Shown here: piece after piece, positions 18,424 to 27,830 of the stretch
How positions within the stretch are numbered: the first letter of the stretch is position 1
Layout of the letters: each line of letters opens with the position of its first letter
Assembly: GCA_947571515.1 (NCBI GenBank)
Contig: CANOYI010000003.1
Coordinates: 1 to 39,189 of the forward strand
Direction: 5' to 3'
Source of the DNA: an uncultured Clostridium sp.
GTDB taxonomy: Bacteria > Bacillota > Clostridia > TANB77 > CAG-508
DNA length: 39,189 nt
The notes under the pieces: generated by a model
Seen by the model: the letters and a program-made list of their open reading frames with translations, nothing else
Database searches by the model: none
Told to the model about the DNA's origin: nothing
Position numbers and translations under genes: made by a program

Positions 18424-19674
18424 TTAAAAAATTCTTAAAATATCATTATAAGTTACATATAGTGATAAAGCAATCAAAATAGCAAATCCTAACAACTGTA
18501 TATTTACTTCTGTTTCTTGTTTCATCGGTTTTCTTCGGATCGCCTCTATCAATAAAATTAAAATCTTTCCTCCATCTAAAGCTGGAATTGGTAACAAATT
18601 AGTAACACCTAAAGATAAAGAAATCAATGCCATCATTTCAAAAAACTCTTTTACACCATCTGTTTTAGCCACCACTTCAGAAATTCCAACTGGACCCATC
18701 ATTTGATCTACGCCTACATTTCCTGTAAATAATTGTTTCAAATTATCCACAATCGATACTAAAAATTCCTGTGTTTGTATACCACCATTAATGCATCGAT
18801 TGACAAAATTATCTTCTGCCGGTCTCAAATTAATCCCTAATAGATAACTAGTTTCATAATCTGGTGTCAATTCTATCGTAACTTCTTCTTCGCCTCTTTG
18901 AACCACAAGTGTCATAGTATTAACACCTTTTTGATTAATTTCTTGTAAAGCGGTATTTCTATCGCCATTGATACTAACACCATTTACCTTTACTAAGATA
19001 TCATTTGCCTGTATTCCTTGGTTCTCTGAGCTACTATCCTTTTGAACCGCTACAATTTTACACTTTTCATCTAGGTAAATTCCTGTCACTTTAGATTTTA
19101 CTTCACTTGGCTTTATATTATATTCTTTGATTTCTCCATATCTATCTATTTTTGTTTTAATCTCTTCCCCTTGTGACTTTTCTACTACTTCATTTAAATC
19201 TTTTTTACTCTTAATCGCTTGGCCATTACCTTCTATTATTTTATCTCCCTCTTGCAATCCTGCTGTTTGAGCTGCATACCCATCTAGTATCTCATCGATT
19301 TGATTGGAAATATAAGTGCCAGAGGAAGCTACTATAGTAAAATAAGTTGCAATAGCAAAAATAATATTAACCGTCGCCCCTGCTATTACAATAGCAATCC
19401 TTTTCGGAATACTCGCTTTCGAAAAGGACCTTTCATCATCAGAAGCTTCATCTTCTCCCTCCATGCTATTATAACCACCAAGAGGAATTAATCTTAGCGT
19501 ATATTTCGTCTCTTTTCCTTGCTTTTGCCATATCGCTGGTCCAAAGCCAATTGCAAACTCATTTACTTTTACTTTGCAAAGTTTTGCTACCATAAAATGT
19601 CCTAATTCATGAATCGTAATTAAGACACCTAATAATATTATAATTTTAATCGCTGAAATTATAAAACCTATCAA
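18424..19674 (-). CDS. rseP: RIP metalloprotease RseP/RasP (M50, PDZ domains)
   Basis: HELGH, FAIGFGP, LIPLGGY, GPVGI, NLLPIPALDGG; TTG start after SD AGGAGG. Confidence 0.95.
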   Translation of the reverse strand: MIGFIISAIKIIILLGVLITIHELGHFMVAKLCKVKVNEFAIGFGPAIWQKQGKETKYTLRLIPLGGYNSMEGEDEASDDERSFSKASIPKRIAIVIAGATVNIIFAIATYFTIVASSGTYISNQIDEILDGYAAQTAGLQEGDKIIEGNGQAIKSKKDLNEVVEKSQGEEIKTKIDRYGEIKEYNIKPSEVKSKVTGIYLDEKCKIVAVQKDSSSENQGIQANDILVKVNGVSINGDRNTALQEINQKGVNTMTLVVQRGEEEVTIELTPDYETSYLLGINLRPAEDNFVNRCINGGIQTQEFLVSIVDNLKQLFTGNVGVDQMMGPVGISEVVAKTDGVKEFFEMMALISLSLGVTNLLPIPALDGGKILILLIEAIRRKPMKQETEVNIQLLGFAILIALSLYVTYNDILRIF

Positions 19675-19689
19675 TGTTTTCCTCCTAAA

Positions 19690-19808
19690 TGAGACAAAGG
19701 GGACAGGTTTTATTTGTCTCATGTATTTTGTCGTCTTTTGTCATTTCATTTTTTCGACATTTTTCTACTCAAATCATGAGACAAATAAAACCTGTCCCCT
19801 TTGTCTCA
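19690..19808. repeat. REPIN/MITE-like element, same family as 15633
   Basis: TGAGACAAAGGGGACAGGTTTTATTTGTCTCA (19690-19721) and its perfect inverse (19777-19808). Confidence 0.85.
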
Positions 19809-20610
19809 CAATAAAGTAAATAATGCATAAGCAAATGGTGATAAGAATATTAGACTATCAATTCGATCTAACATTCCTCCATGACCGGGGTATTAAATTG
19901 CTATAATCTTTAATATCTACAAATCTCTTTATGCTGGAAGCTGCAAAGTCTCCTATTTGTCCCACTAAACTTAATATAATTCCAATTCCTCCTATAAATA
20001 AGTATGAATAATCCATTCCCCAATAGGTATTAGCAAAATAAGTATAAGCTAACATTAGTATTATGGCTCCGATTACTCCACCTATACATCCTTCCATTGA
20101 TTTCTTAGGACTTACTTTGCTGAATTTATGTTTTCCAAAATGTTTTCCTACCACATAAGCTGATATGTCTGTACCCCATGCAGCAAATATAGCATACCAT
20201 ATTAGTATGTTTCCATTTGTCATACCATTGATGAATGCCACAAACATGATAAAAAATACCACATAGAATATTCCAATAAAAGTATAAGCAATATCTTTAA
20301 AACTAGTTTTCATATCAGTTGCTATCACTTGTGCAAATAAAATAATTAAAATAGTTGGTACAGAAAGTGTTACTACCATATTTAAGTATTCGCTTGGTAT
20401 GATATGAATCAATGCTATACTCAAACAACTTACATATCCGATCCATTTTACTGGGTTGGATACTTTTTTTATGGCATTAAAATATTCGCTGATGCTAAGT
20501 ATTGCTATAATTGCTAGTGCAATATCTACTACTATTTTATTCCCTAGTAAAAAGATTATTAATACTAGTGGAAATCCTAATAAACTTGATGTGAGTCTTT
20601 TTATATCCAT
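19806..20610 (-). CDS. cdsA: Phosphatidate cytidylyltransferase; +1 frameshift at CGGT 19887-19884
   Basis: WGTDISAYVVG...SPKKSMEG...GDFAASSIKR...KDYSNLIP, then in the +1 frame GHGGMLDRIDSLIFLSPFAYALFTLL* (signature PGHGGxLDRxDS). Confidence 0.93.
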
Positions 20611-20627
20611 ATTTTTTTCCTTTCTCA

Positions 20628-20745
20628 GGGAGATTTGTGACAAGAGGGGCGCCCCTTTTTGTCACAAAAAAAATTAACACTATTCATTGTACTTTTATCT
20701 CTTTTTTGGGACAAAAAGGGGCGACCCTCTTGTCACAAATTTCCC
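20628..20745. repeat. Paired inverted hairpin element (REPIN-like)
   Basis: GGGAGATTTGTGACAAGAGGGGCGCCCCTTTTTGTCACAAAA ... TTTTGGGACAAAAAGGGGCGACCCTCTTGTCACAAATTTCCC. Confidence 0.8.
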
Positions 20746-21458
20746 TAGCTTGCTCCGAATTTTCTTGTTCTTTTTTGGTATTCTATGATAGCTTTATCTA
20801 AATCTTCTTCTTCAAAGTCTGGCCAGTTTTTATCGATAAATAAAAACTCTGTGTATACCAATTGCCATGGTAAAAAGTTACTTAATCTTTGTTCTCCACT
20901 CGTTCTAATCAATAAATCTGGTTCTGGCTCTCCTTTAGTATATAAATGATTAGATACTACTTGTTCTGTTATATCTTCTATTTTTATTTCATCATTTTTG
21001 ACTAGATTAGCTATTTGTTTGATGGCTTTTATTAATTCATCTCTTCCTCCATAATTTAAAGCAATATTGAAAGTAACTCCTGTATTATCTTTGGTTCTTT
21101 CCATACAGTTTTGAATACTTTTCTGCATTCCACTAGATAGAGCTGAAATATCTCCTAGTATTTTAACTCTAATATTCTCTGTATCTGCTCTTTTAGCATA
21201 ATCGTCTAAATAATTTTGTAACAACATCATTAATGCTTTTACTTCCTCTTCTGTCCTTTTCCAGTTTTCTGTTGAAAAAGCATAAACTGTGATATATTCC
21301 AATCCAATTTTATTGGCATATCGTACAATTTTTTCTAATGTTTTGGCACCTTCTTTATGACCATAACTAACTGGCTTTCCTTTCGCTTTTGCCCATCTTC
21401 TATTACCATCCATGATAATGGCGATGTGTTTGGGCATATCTTCTTGATTGAATTGCAT
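20745..21458 (-). CDS. uppS: Undecaprenyl diphosphate synthase
   Basis: PKHIAIIMDGNRRWA, YAFSTENWKR, ALNYGGR, PDLLIRTSGEQRLSNFLPWQ; start MQFNQ after GGAGG. Confidence 0.97.
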   Translation of the reverse strand: MQFNQEDMPKHIAIIMDGNRRWAKAKGKPVSYGHKEGAKTLEKIVRYANKIGLEYITVYAFSTENWKRTEEEVKALMMLLQNYLDDYAKRADTENIRVKILGDISALSSGMQKSIQNCMERTKDNTGVTFNIALNYGGRDELIKAIKQIANLVKNDEIKIEDITEQVVSNHLYTKGEPEPDLLIRTSGEQRLSNFLPWQLVYTEFLFIDKNWPDFEEEDLDKAIIEYQKRTRKFGAS

Positions 21459-21546
21459 GATTTTTTCCTCCGTTCTAACGTATAGGTTATCTGTATGAAA
21501 CATTTTAGATTTGAACAGTTAACCCATCTTCAAAATCATTTTGAAA

Positions 21547-22434
21547 TTATTTATTTCTGTTCTGTATGTATAAAGCTAATTCTTTTAGAAATTCTGCTCT
21601 ATTTCCATATCTTTCTAATTCTTTTATGGCTTCTTTTGTTATTTTATCTAAAATATCTTTTGCTCCTTGTAAACCATATTGAGAAACATAAGTACATTTT
21701 TCTAACTCTTTATCATTTCCCACTGGCTTTCCTAAAATTGCTTCGTCTCCTTCTTCTGATAAGATGTCATCTTTAATTTGAAAAGCTAATCCTATTTTTT
21801 CAGCATAATTAGATAATCCTTGCAATTCTATCTCTGTGCAATCTGCTAATATGGCTCCCATTCTTACACATAATTTTAATAAAGCACCTGTTTTGTTTTC
21901 GTGAATATATTCCAGTTCTTGTCTCGTTATTTGCTTTCCTTCCCATTCTGTGTCAATATATTCTCCAGCAAGCATTCGATCAATTGCTTCTGAAAATTCA
22001 TTTAAAATTCTGATTTTTTTAGTTATCTCTTCTGTGTTAGCATTCATTAAATCTTGACTTATTACAAAGTAAGCATCATTTAATAATCCATCCCCTGCTA
22101 ATATGGCTGTTGCTTCATTAAATTGCTTATGATTGGTTGGTTTTCCATGTCGAAAATCATCATTATCAATTCCAGGTAAATCATCATGAATCAAAGAAAA
22201 ATTATGTACCATTTCAATCGCTACTGCATATGGCATACATTTTTCTATATTCTCTTTAAAAAGTTGGTAAGTTGCTAAAACTAAAATTGGTCTTAAGCGT
22301 TTTCCGCCAGCCATTAAACTATATTCCATTGACTGATTTAGTATTTGTTCTGGACAGTTTTGTTTTCTTACATACTTCTCTAATTCTTGATTTATCTGTT
22401 GTTGATATTTTTGTAATTTTTCTTTAAACTCCAT
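21547..22434 (-). CDS. ispA: Farnesyl/geranylgeranyl diphosphate synthase (polyprenyl synthetase)
   Basis: GGKRLRP, SLIHDDLPGIDNDDFRHGKPT, AILAGD, KTGAL, GLAFQIKDD. Confidence 0.92.
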   Translation of the reverse strand: MEFKEKLQKYQQQINQELEKYVRKQNCPEQILNQSMEYSLMAGGKRLRPILVLATYQLFKENIEKCMPYAVAIEMVHNFSLIHDDLPGIDNDDFRHGKPTNHKQFNEATAILAGDGLLNDAYFVISQDLMNANTEEITKKIRILNEFSEAIDRMLAGEYIDTEWEGKQITRQELEYIHENKTGALLKLCVRMGAILADCTEIELQGLSNYAEKIGLAFQIKDDILSEEGDEAILGKPVGNDKELEKCTYVSQYGLQGAKDILDKITKEAIKELERYGNRAEFLKELALYIQNRNK

Positions 22435-22522
22435 TGAAAATTCTTTCTCCTTTACTAAAATAGTATGAACTAATTTCATTTCCCCTCTTAACCCAAGAAC
22501 CAATGTCCCCATTCAGTCTCGG

Positions 22523-22555
22523 TGTCCCCATTCGATCCCGGAACCAGTGGGGACA
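22523..22555. repeat. GGGGAC hairpin repeat, copy 2 (with a partial extra copy at 22500-22513)
   Basis: TGTCCCCATTCGATCCCGGAACCAGTGGGGACA. Confidence 0.85.
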
Positions 22556-22566
22556 TTGGAATGCAA

Positions 22567-23115
22567 TTATACTGACATTACTTCTTTTTCTTTTGCTTCT
22601 AATATTTTATCAATTTCTTCGATATTTTTATCTGTGATTTTTTGAATTTCATTTTCTGCTTGTTTTAGTTCGTCTTCTGTCATCTCTCCCTCTTTTTGAG
22701 ATGCTTTTGCTGTATCAATTCCTTCTCTTCTAATAGAACGAATGGCTACTTTTGCTTCTTCTGCCATTTTACGAACATCTTTTACAATTTCTTTTCTTCT
22801 TACTTCATTTAATTCTGGGAAAGCTAGTCTTATTACTTTTCCATCATTATTGGGGTTAATTCCAATATCAGATGCTAAAATTGCTTTTTCAATTTCTTTT
22901 AAAATGCTTACATCCCAAGGTTGAATGACAATTAACCTTGCTTCTGGTACAGAAATTCCTCCTACTTGATTAATTGGCGTTGGTGTTCCATAATAATCTA
23001 TTTTTATCTTATTCAAAATAGCTGGGTTAGCACGCCCTGCTCTTACCTCTCCTAATTTTTCTTGATAAACACTAATTGACTTTTCCATTTTTTCTTTTAT
23101 ACTTGTATAATCCAT
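22567..23115 (-). CDS. frr: Ribosome recycling factor
   Basis: RAGRANP, YYGTPTP, IQPWD, NPNNDGKVIRL, AKVAIRSIRR; start MDYTS. Confidence 0.97.
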   Translation of the reverse strand: MDYTSIKEKMEKSISVYQEKLGEVRAGRANPAILNKIKIDYYGTPTPINQVGGISVPEARLIVIQPWDVSILKEIEKAILASDIGINPNNDGKVIRLAFPELNEVRRKEIVKDVRKMAEEAKVAIRSIRREGIDTAKASQKEGEMTEDELKQAENEIQKITDKNIEEIDKILEAKEKEVMSV

Positions 23116-23257
23116 AATTTTCCTCTCCTTCCTTATAAAACAGTTTAGAGCTGTCTCTATTATTTTCCTAAACAAATTCAAAATAGTATATTACGATACA
23201 GATTTTCATTCACTTAAAACATTTGTTTATTAAATAAATTCAAAGTGGTGAATTGTG

Positions 23258-23328
23258 CAATTTTGTTATGAATGTCAAGCTGATGGCGTACGTTGGTACG
23301 TCGAAGTTTGACATTCATAACGAAATTG
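23258..23328. repeat. Long imperfect palindrome between pyrH and frr
   Basis: CAATTTTGTTATGAATGTCAAGCT...GCGTACGTTGGTACGT...AGTTTGACATTCATAACGAAATTG. Confidence 0.75.
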
Positions 23329-23352
23329 TGCAAGTTGCTGCTTTCAATTTGT

Positions 23353-24069
23353 TTATTTCACGATTGTTCCAATCCTCTCTCCCCTAACAGCCCTCACAAT
23401 ATTCTCTGGGTCTGCAATTCCAAACACTAGTAAAGGCATATCATTATCCCTACACATAGCCGTAGCAGTAGAATCCATTACCTTCAAGTCTTTTTCTAGC
23501 ACTTCCATATAGGAAATCTCTTCATATTTTTCTGCCGTTGGGTCAATCTTTGGATCTGCTGAATAAACAGCATCAATTGATTTTCCTAGCAATATAACAT
23601 CTGCTTTAATTTCAGTTGCTCTAAGCACTGCTGCTGTATCAGTTGTAAAGTATGGATGTCCTGTACCTCCTGCAAATATAACAACTCTTCCTCTATTTAA
23701 ATGTTTTTCTGCTTTTCTTTGTATGAAAGGTTCTGCTATTTCTCTCATTTGAATTGCTGTTTGCACTCTAGAATCAATTTTTCTTGCTTCTAAGGCATCT
23801 TGCAACGCTAATCCATTCATAGCTGTTGCTAACATTCCCATATAGTCTGCTGTTGTTCTCTCCATTTGATGTCCTTGTCTTCCTCTCCAGAAGTTTCCTC
23901 CTCCTACTACGATGGCAACTTGTACTCCCATTTCTACTACTTCTTTTATTTTGTCACATATTTTTCCAACAGTTTCTACATCTACTCCTGTCTTTTGTGT
24001 CCCTGCTAAGGCTTCTCCACTTAGTTTTAATAGCACCCTTTTGTATTTTATATCATACAAATTCTTCAC
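23353..24069 (-). CDS. pyrH: UMP kinase
   Basis: [51 protein letters not shown]. Confidence 0.97.
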   Translation of the reverse strand: MKNLYDIKYKRVLLKLSGEALAGTQKTGVDVETVGKICDKIKEVVEMGVQVAIVVGGGNFWRGRQGHQMERTTADYMGMLATAMNGLALQDALEARKIDSRVQTAIQMREIAEPFIQRKAEKHLNRGRVVIFAGGTGHPYFTTDTAAVLRATEIKADVILLGKSIDAVYSADPKIDPTAEKYEEISYMEVLEKDLKVMDSTATAMCRDNDMPLLVFGIADPENIVRAVRGERIGTIVK

Positions 24070-24200
24070 TCTCCTTAATCTATATTTTTGTCAAGGCTAT
24101 TTTATCATACATTACAAAAAAATACAGTATTTTTTTTAAGATTTTCTTAATTTTTTGCTTATATTGGATTAAAAAAGAAATTTTTTCTATTCTACAAGAA

Positions 24201-24232
24201 AAAAGCCAGCGGAACAAACCACTGGTTTTTTT
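24201..24232. terminator. Bidirectional-looking terminator
   Basis: AAAAGCCAGCGG-AACAAA-CCACTGGTTTTTTT. Confidence 0.55.
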
Positions 24233-24589
24233 CTACTCTCGAATTTCTGTAGTATATAATACATACCGCATTTCCATTGGTAATTTTTGTATCTTTTTTT
24301 TACGTAGCCATCTTTTCCTTACTACGCTCGGATTTGTAAAAATCATTTTTAGATACATTTCTTCCTCTCTCTGAACGTAAGTTATTGTTGTCAATACACA
24401 TGGTATCATATAGTACGATAGTTCTCCACATGACACCATATATTCGTCCCCTTTCCGAGACACTCCTTTTATCTTGGTCCATTGTTCCATAAGATAATCG
24501 GGGCCTTCTTCAATGCGCCCTATAAGCACATTCCTGATAATAATGATTGATATCAGAAATATGCCAATAGCACCTAATACCAACATCAT
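24233..24589 (-). CDS. Hypothetical membrane-anchored protein inserted between tsf and pyrH
   Basis: N-terminal TM, SD AAGGAG; contains two in-frame CGG codons. Confidence 0.5.
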   Translation of the reverse strand: MMLVLGAIGIFLISIIIIRNVLIGRIEEGPDYLMEQWTKIKGVSRKGDEYMVSCGELSYYMIPCVLTTITYVQREEEMYLKMIFTNPSVVRKRWLRKKKIQKLPMEMRYVLYTTEIRE

Positions 24590-24794
24590 ATTACTACCAC
24601 TCCTTTCCATATTTATGGATTGTTTCATTGAATTTGTCAACCGTTACTTTAAAGGAGTATAACTACCACTTTCTCCCATAATAATTGTAACATAATTTTA
24701 TGTGGAATTCAATACCCATAAAAATCAGAACTTAAATTTAAAAAAGAATTAAGAAATATTTTGGGTTCACCCAATTCCTAACTCTTTTTACATT

Positions 24795-25673
24795 TTATTT
24801 CAATTGATTCATAACTTCTTCTGCAAAATTTTCTTCTTTCTTTTCGATACCTTCCCCTTTTTCAAATCTTGCAAACTCTACTACTTCACTATCTGTTTCA
24901 CTTAATAACTGATTGACCTTTTTATTTGGATCTTTCACAAAAGCTTGGTCTACTAAACAAATTTCTTCATAGAACTTTCCAATTCTACCTTGTACAATTT
25001 TTTCAGCAATCGCTTCGGGTTTTCCTTCATTCATAGTTTGTGCTTTTAGAATTTCCATTTCTTTGTTAACTCTTTCTTCTGGCACTTCTTCTTTTTTCAC
25101 ATATTCAGGTCTTGCAGCAGCAATTTGCATACAAATATCTTTTGCCACTTCACTATTTCCCTTTTTCATGTTGACTAGAACAGCGATTTTTCCATCTCCA
25201 TGAATATATTTTTCTACTAAACCATCTGATTCAAATCTTGCAAATCTTCTAATATTCATATTTTCACCAATCGTAGCTATCTTATCAACTAATACTTCTT
25301 GTACTGTTTTTCCTGCTACTTCAATTGACTCTTGTGCTAATAATGCTTCTACATCAGCTGGATTTTTTTCTACAATTTGTTTTGCGATATTCATAACAAA
25401 TGTTTTAAATTCTTCATTTTTACCAACGAAATCTGTTTCAGAATTAACTTCTACTACAGCTCCTGTTTTTCCATCTTCTGAAATGTAAGCTTCTACTAGT
25501 CCTTCTGCTGCTACTCTTCCAGATTTTTTAGCTGCTTTTGCAATTCCTCTTTCACGCAATAATTCAATTGCTTTTTCCATATCTCCATCTGTTTCTGTTA
25601 AAACTTTTTTACAGTCCATCATTCCTGCACCTGTTTTCTCTCTTAAGTCTTTTACTAAACTTGCTGTAACCAT
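24795..25673 (-). CDS. tsf: Elongation factor Ts
   Basis: VKDLREKTGAGMMDCKK, EVNSETDFV, TIGENMNIRRF, GKPEAIAEKIVQG. Confidence 0.98.
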   Translation of the reverse strand: MVTASLVKDLREKTGAGMMDCKKVLTETDGDMEKAIELLRERGIAKAAKKSGRVAAEGLVEAYISEDGKTGAVVEVNSETDFVGKNEEFKTFVMNIAKQIVEKNPADVEALLAQESIEVAGKTVQEVLVDKIATIGENMNIRRFARFESDGLVEKYIHGDGKIAVLVNMKKGNSEVAKDICMQIAAARPEYVKKEEVPEERVNKEMEILKAQTMNEGKPEAIAEKIVQGRIGKFYEEICLVDQAFVKDPNKKVNQLLSETDSEVVEFARFEKGEGIEKKEENFAEEVMNQLK

Positions 25674-25890
25674 TTATAATTCCTCCCTTATATATATTAA
25701 AATCGAGTAGAGCAGAAAGCTCTACTCTTTTTTATATTATAGGAAAGTTCTCTAAACTTTCTATAATATAAAGCATTTCACAGAAAATTGCTTTGCCATT
25801 TTCGCGGACCAACAATTATACGTTGGCTGAACTTCACTTATCAAATTTTATAAAATATTAATCAGCTCACTATTGTTCTTTTATCTAATT

Positions 25891-26712
25891 TTAAGCTTCT
25901 TGTTCTTCTGTTGTTTCTGTTGCTTCTTCTACCGTCTCTGTTTCTTCTGCTGCTTCTACTACTTCTTCAATACTAGTAGGCTCTTCTGTTTCAGCCACTT
26001 GTTCTTGTTCCATTTCTGGTTCGAAGCTTTCCCCTTGTTTACCTTCAATAACAGCATTTGCCATAACATCAGCAATTAATTTTACAGCTCTTATCGCATC
26101 GTCATTTCCTGGTATTGGATAATCTAATTCTTCTGGATTACAGTTGGTATCAACTAATCCTACTACTGGAATTCCTAATTTTTTAGCTTCTAAAATAGCA
26201 ATTCTTTCCTTTCTAGGGTCAATTAGGAAGATAACTCCTGGCAATTTTTCCATTTCTTTAATTCCACCAAGATTTCTCTCCAATTTATCCATTTCTTTTT
26301 TCAATAAAATTACTTCTTTTTTTGGTAAGATATCAAATGTTCCATCTTCTTGCATGGTTTCTAAGTCTTTCAATCTTTGTACTCTTGTACGAATTGTCTC
26401 AAAGTTAGTTAACATTCCTCCTAACCATCTTTGATCCACATAGTACATACCACATTTTAATGCAGCTTCTTTCATACATTCTTGTGCTTGTTTTTTCGTC
26501 CCTACGAATAATATGGTTTGCCCTTCCTCTGCTTGTTCTTTGATAAAGCTGTAAGCTTCATCTAATTTTTTTGATGTTTTTTGTAAATCGATGATGTGAA
26601 TTCCATTTCTAGCTTGAAATATATATTCAGCCATTTTAGGATCCCATCTTCTTGTTTGATGTCCAAAATGAACACCTGCTTCAAGTAATTGTTTCATTGC
26701 AACTACTGCCAT
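25891..26712 (-). CDS. rpsB: 30S ribosomal protein S2
   Basis: [48 protein letters not shown]; start MAVVAM. Confidence 0.98.
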   Translation of the reverse strand: MAVVAMKQLLEAGVHFGHQTRRWDPKMAEYIFQARNGIHIIDLQKTSKKLDEAYSFIKEQAEEGQTILFVGTKKQAQECMKEAALKCGMYYVDQRWLGGMLTNFETIRTRVQRLKDLETMQEDGTFDILPKKEVILLKKEMDKLERNLGGIKEMEKLPGVIFLIDPRKERIAILEAKKLGIPVVGLVDTNCNPEELDYPIPGNDDAIRAVKLIADVMANAVIEGKQGESFEPEMEQEQVAETEEPTSIEEVVEAAEETETVEEATETTEEQEA

Positions 26713-26852
26713 TTTTAATTCCTCCCTTTTTGTTATTTCTTCCACAAAGTTTCTGCATTCTTTAGGACCTAAATCGTTAGGCACTTCCCTTCAAACTCTC
26801 TTTGTGTGATTAATACGTTCGCTATTGTATCACGTTTTGGCAATAATTTCAA
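26713..26852 (-). promoter_or_regulatory. rpsB promoter and structured 5' leader (S2 autoregulatory element)
   Basis: TTGAAA-17-TACAAT with extended TG; leader CACACAAAG...GTGC...GCA...CTTTGTGGA resembles known rpsB leaders. Confidence 0.6.
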
Positions 26853-26905
26853 GTGTTTTTTTTATTTTTGTTCTATTTCTGCTGTATTATAAGCTGTTTT
26901 AGATT

Positions 26906-27811
26906 TTAGCAAGTTATAACAGCACCAATCATGCCAGCATCATTTCCTAAAGTAGCAGTCTTAATACTGATGTTTTGTCTTTCCTTATCGTTTTCATTTG
27001 CTTTTGCTATCTGTTCTTTTAATCTTGGTAACAACACATCTTTAAAATACACAAAACTGCCACCAATACCAACAACTTCTGGTTCAAAAATATTGATTAA
27101 ATTTTGTATTCCAATACTTAAATTCTCAATAAATTCTGATATTATATTTTCAATCATCTGATAATTCTTATCTTCTGGCTTATTCATTCGAATGATTTCT
27201 AACAATTGTTCTCCTCTTGTTGTCTCATCTAGATCCAACACTTTTCTCAGACTATTTTTAAAAGCTTTCATAGAAGCATATCTCTCAAAACAGCCTCTTC
27301 TACCGCAGTGACATGGTATACCATTCTTTTCAATTACCATATGACCAAATTCATAACCAGGTTTTCTACCTGCCGTTAATAATTTATGATTAAAAAAAGC
27401 TGCCCCTCCAATTCCAGTTCCTAATGTCAAGAATATACTTCTATCATATCCTTTTAGACATCCATATGCATTTTCTGCTAACGCTGCACATTTTGCATCA
27501 TTTGTTATCTTAATTGGTAGTTTTATTGTTTGTAATTTTTCTATGATGGGATAATCTTCTATTCCTAAATTCCCAGAATTTTTAATCACCCCTTTTTCTG
27601 CCCAACCAGGTGCTCCTATTCCTATTTCCGTTATCTTATACTTTTGTATCAATTCATTTACATTTTCTATTACATATTCTTCAATTGACTTCTTAATATC
27701 TTGTTTTTCAACACTAGTAAGTCTTTTTTCATTCTTTTCTAAAATTTTGCCATTGCTATCTACTACCCCCATAGCAATATGGCTTCCCCCTAAATCAACT
27801 CCAATTTTCAT
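26906..27811 (-). CDS. ROK family sugar kinase (glucokinase-like)
   Basis: IGVDLGGS, GIGAPG, NDAKCAALAE, TLGTGIGG, EFGH...CHCGRRGCFE, LGNDAGMIGA. Confidence 0.93.
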   Translation of the reverse strand: MKIGVDLGGSHIAMGVVDSNGKILEKNEKRLTSVEKQDIKKSIEEYVIENVNELIQKYKITEIGIGAPGWAEKGVIKNSGNLGIEDYPIIEKLQTIKLPIKITNDAKCAALAENAYGCLKGYDRSIFLTLGTGIGGAAFFNHKLLTAGRKPGYEFGHMVIEKNGIPCHCGRRGCFERYASMKAFKNSLRKVLDLDETTRGEQLLEIIRMNKPEDKNYQMIENIISEFIENLSIGIQNLINIFEPEVVGIGGSFVYFKDVLLPRLKEQIAKANENDKERQNISIKTATLGNDAGMIGAVITC

Positions 27812-27830
27812 TCTACCTCTTCCCCTCTTA

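Noticed and set aside
19675-19722. N-terminal extensions of rseP, cdsA, ispA, frr, rpsB and rsmB in the ORF track
   Set aside because: They derive from repeats or leaders; downstream starts have SD sequences and family-typical N-termini
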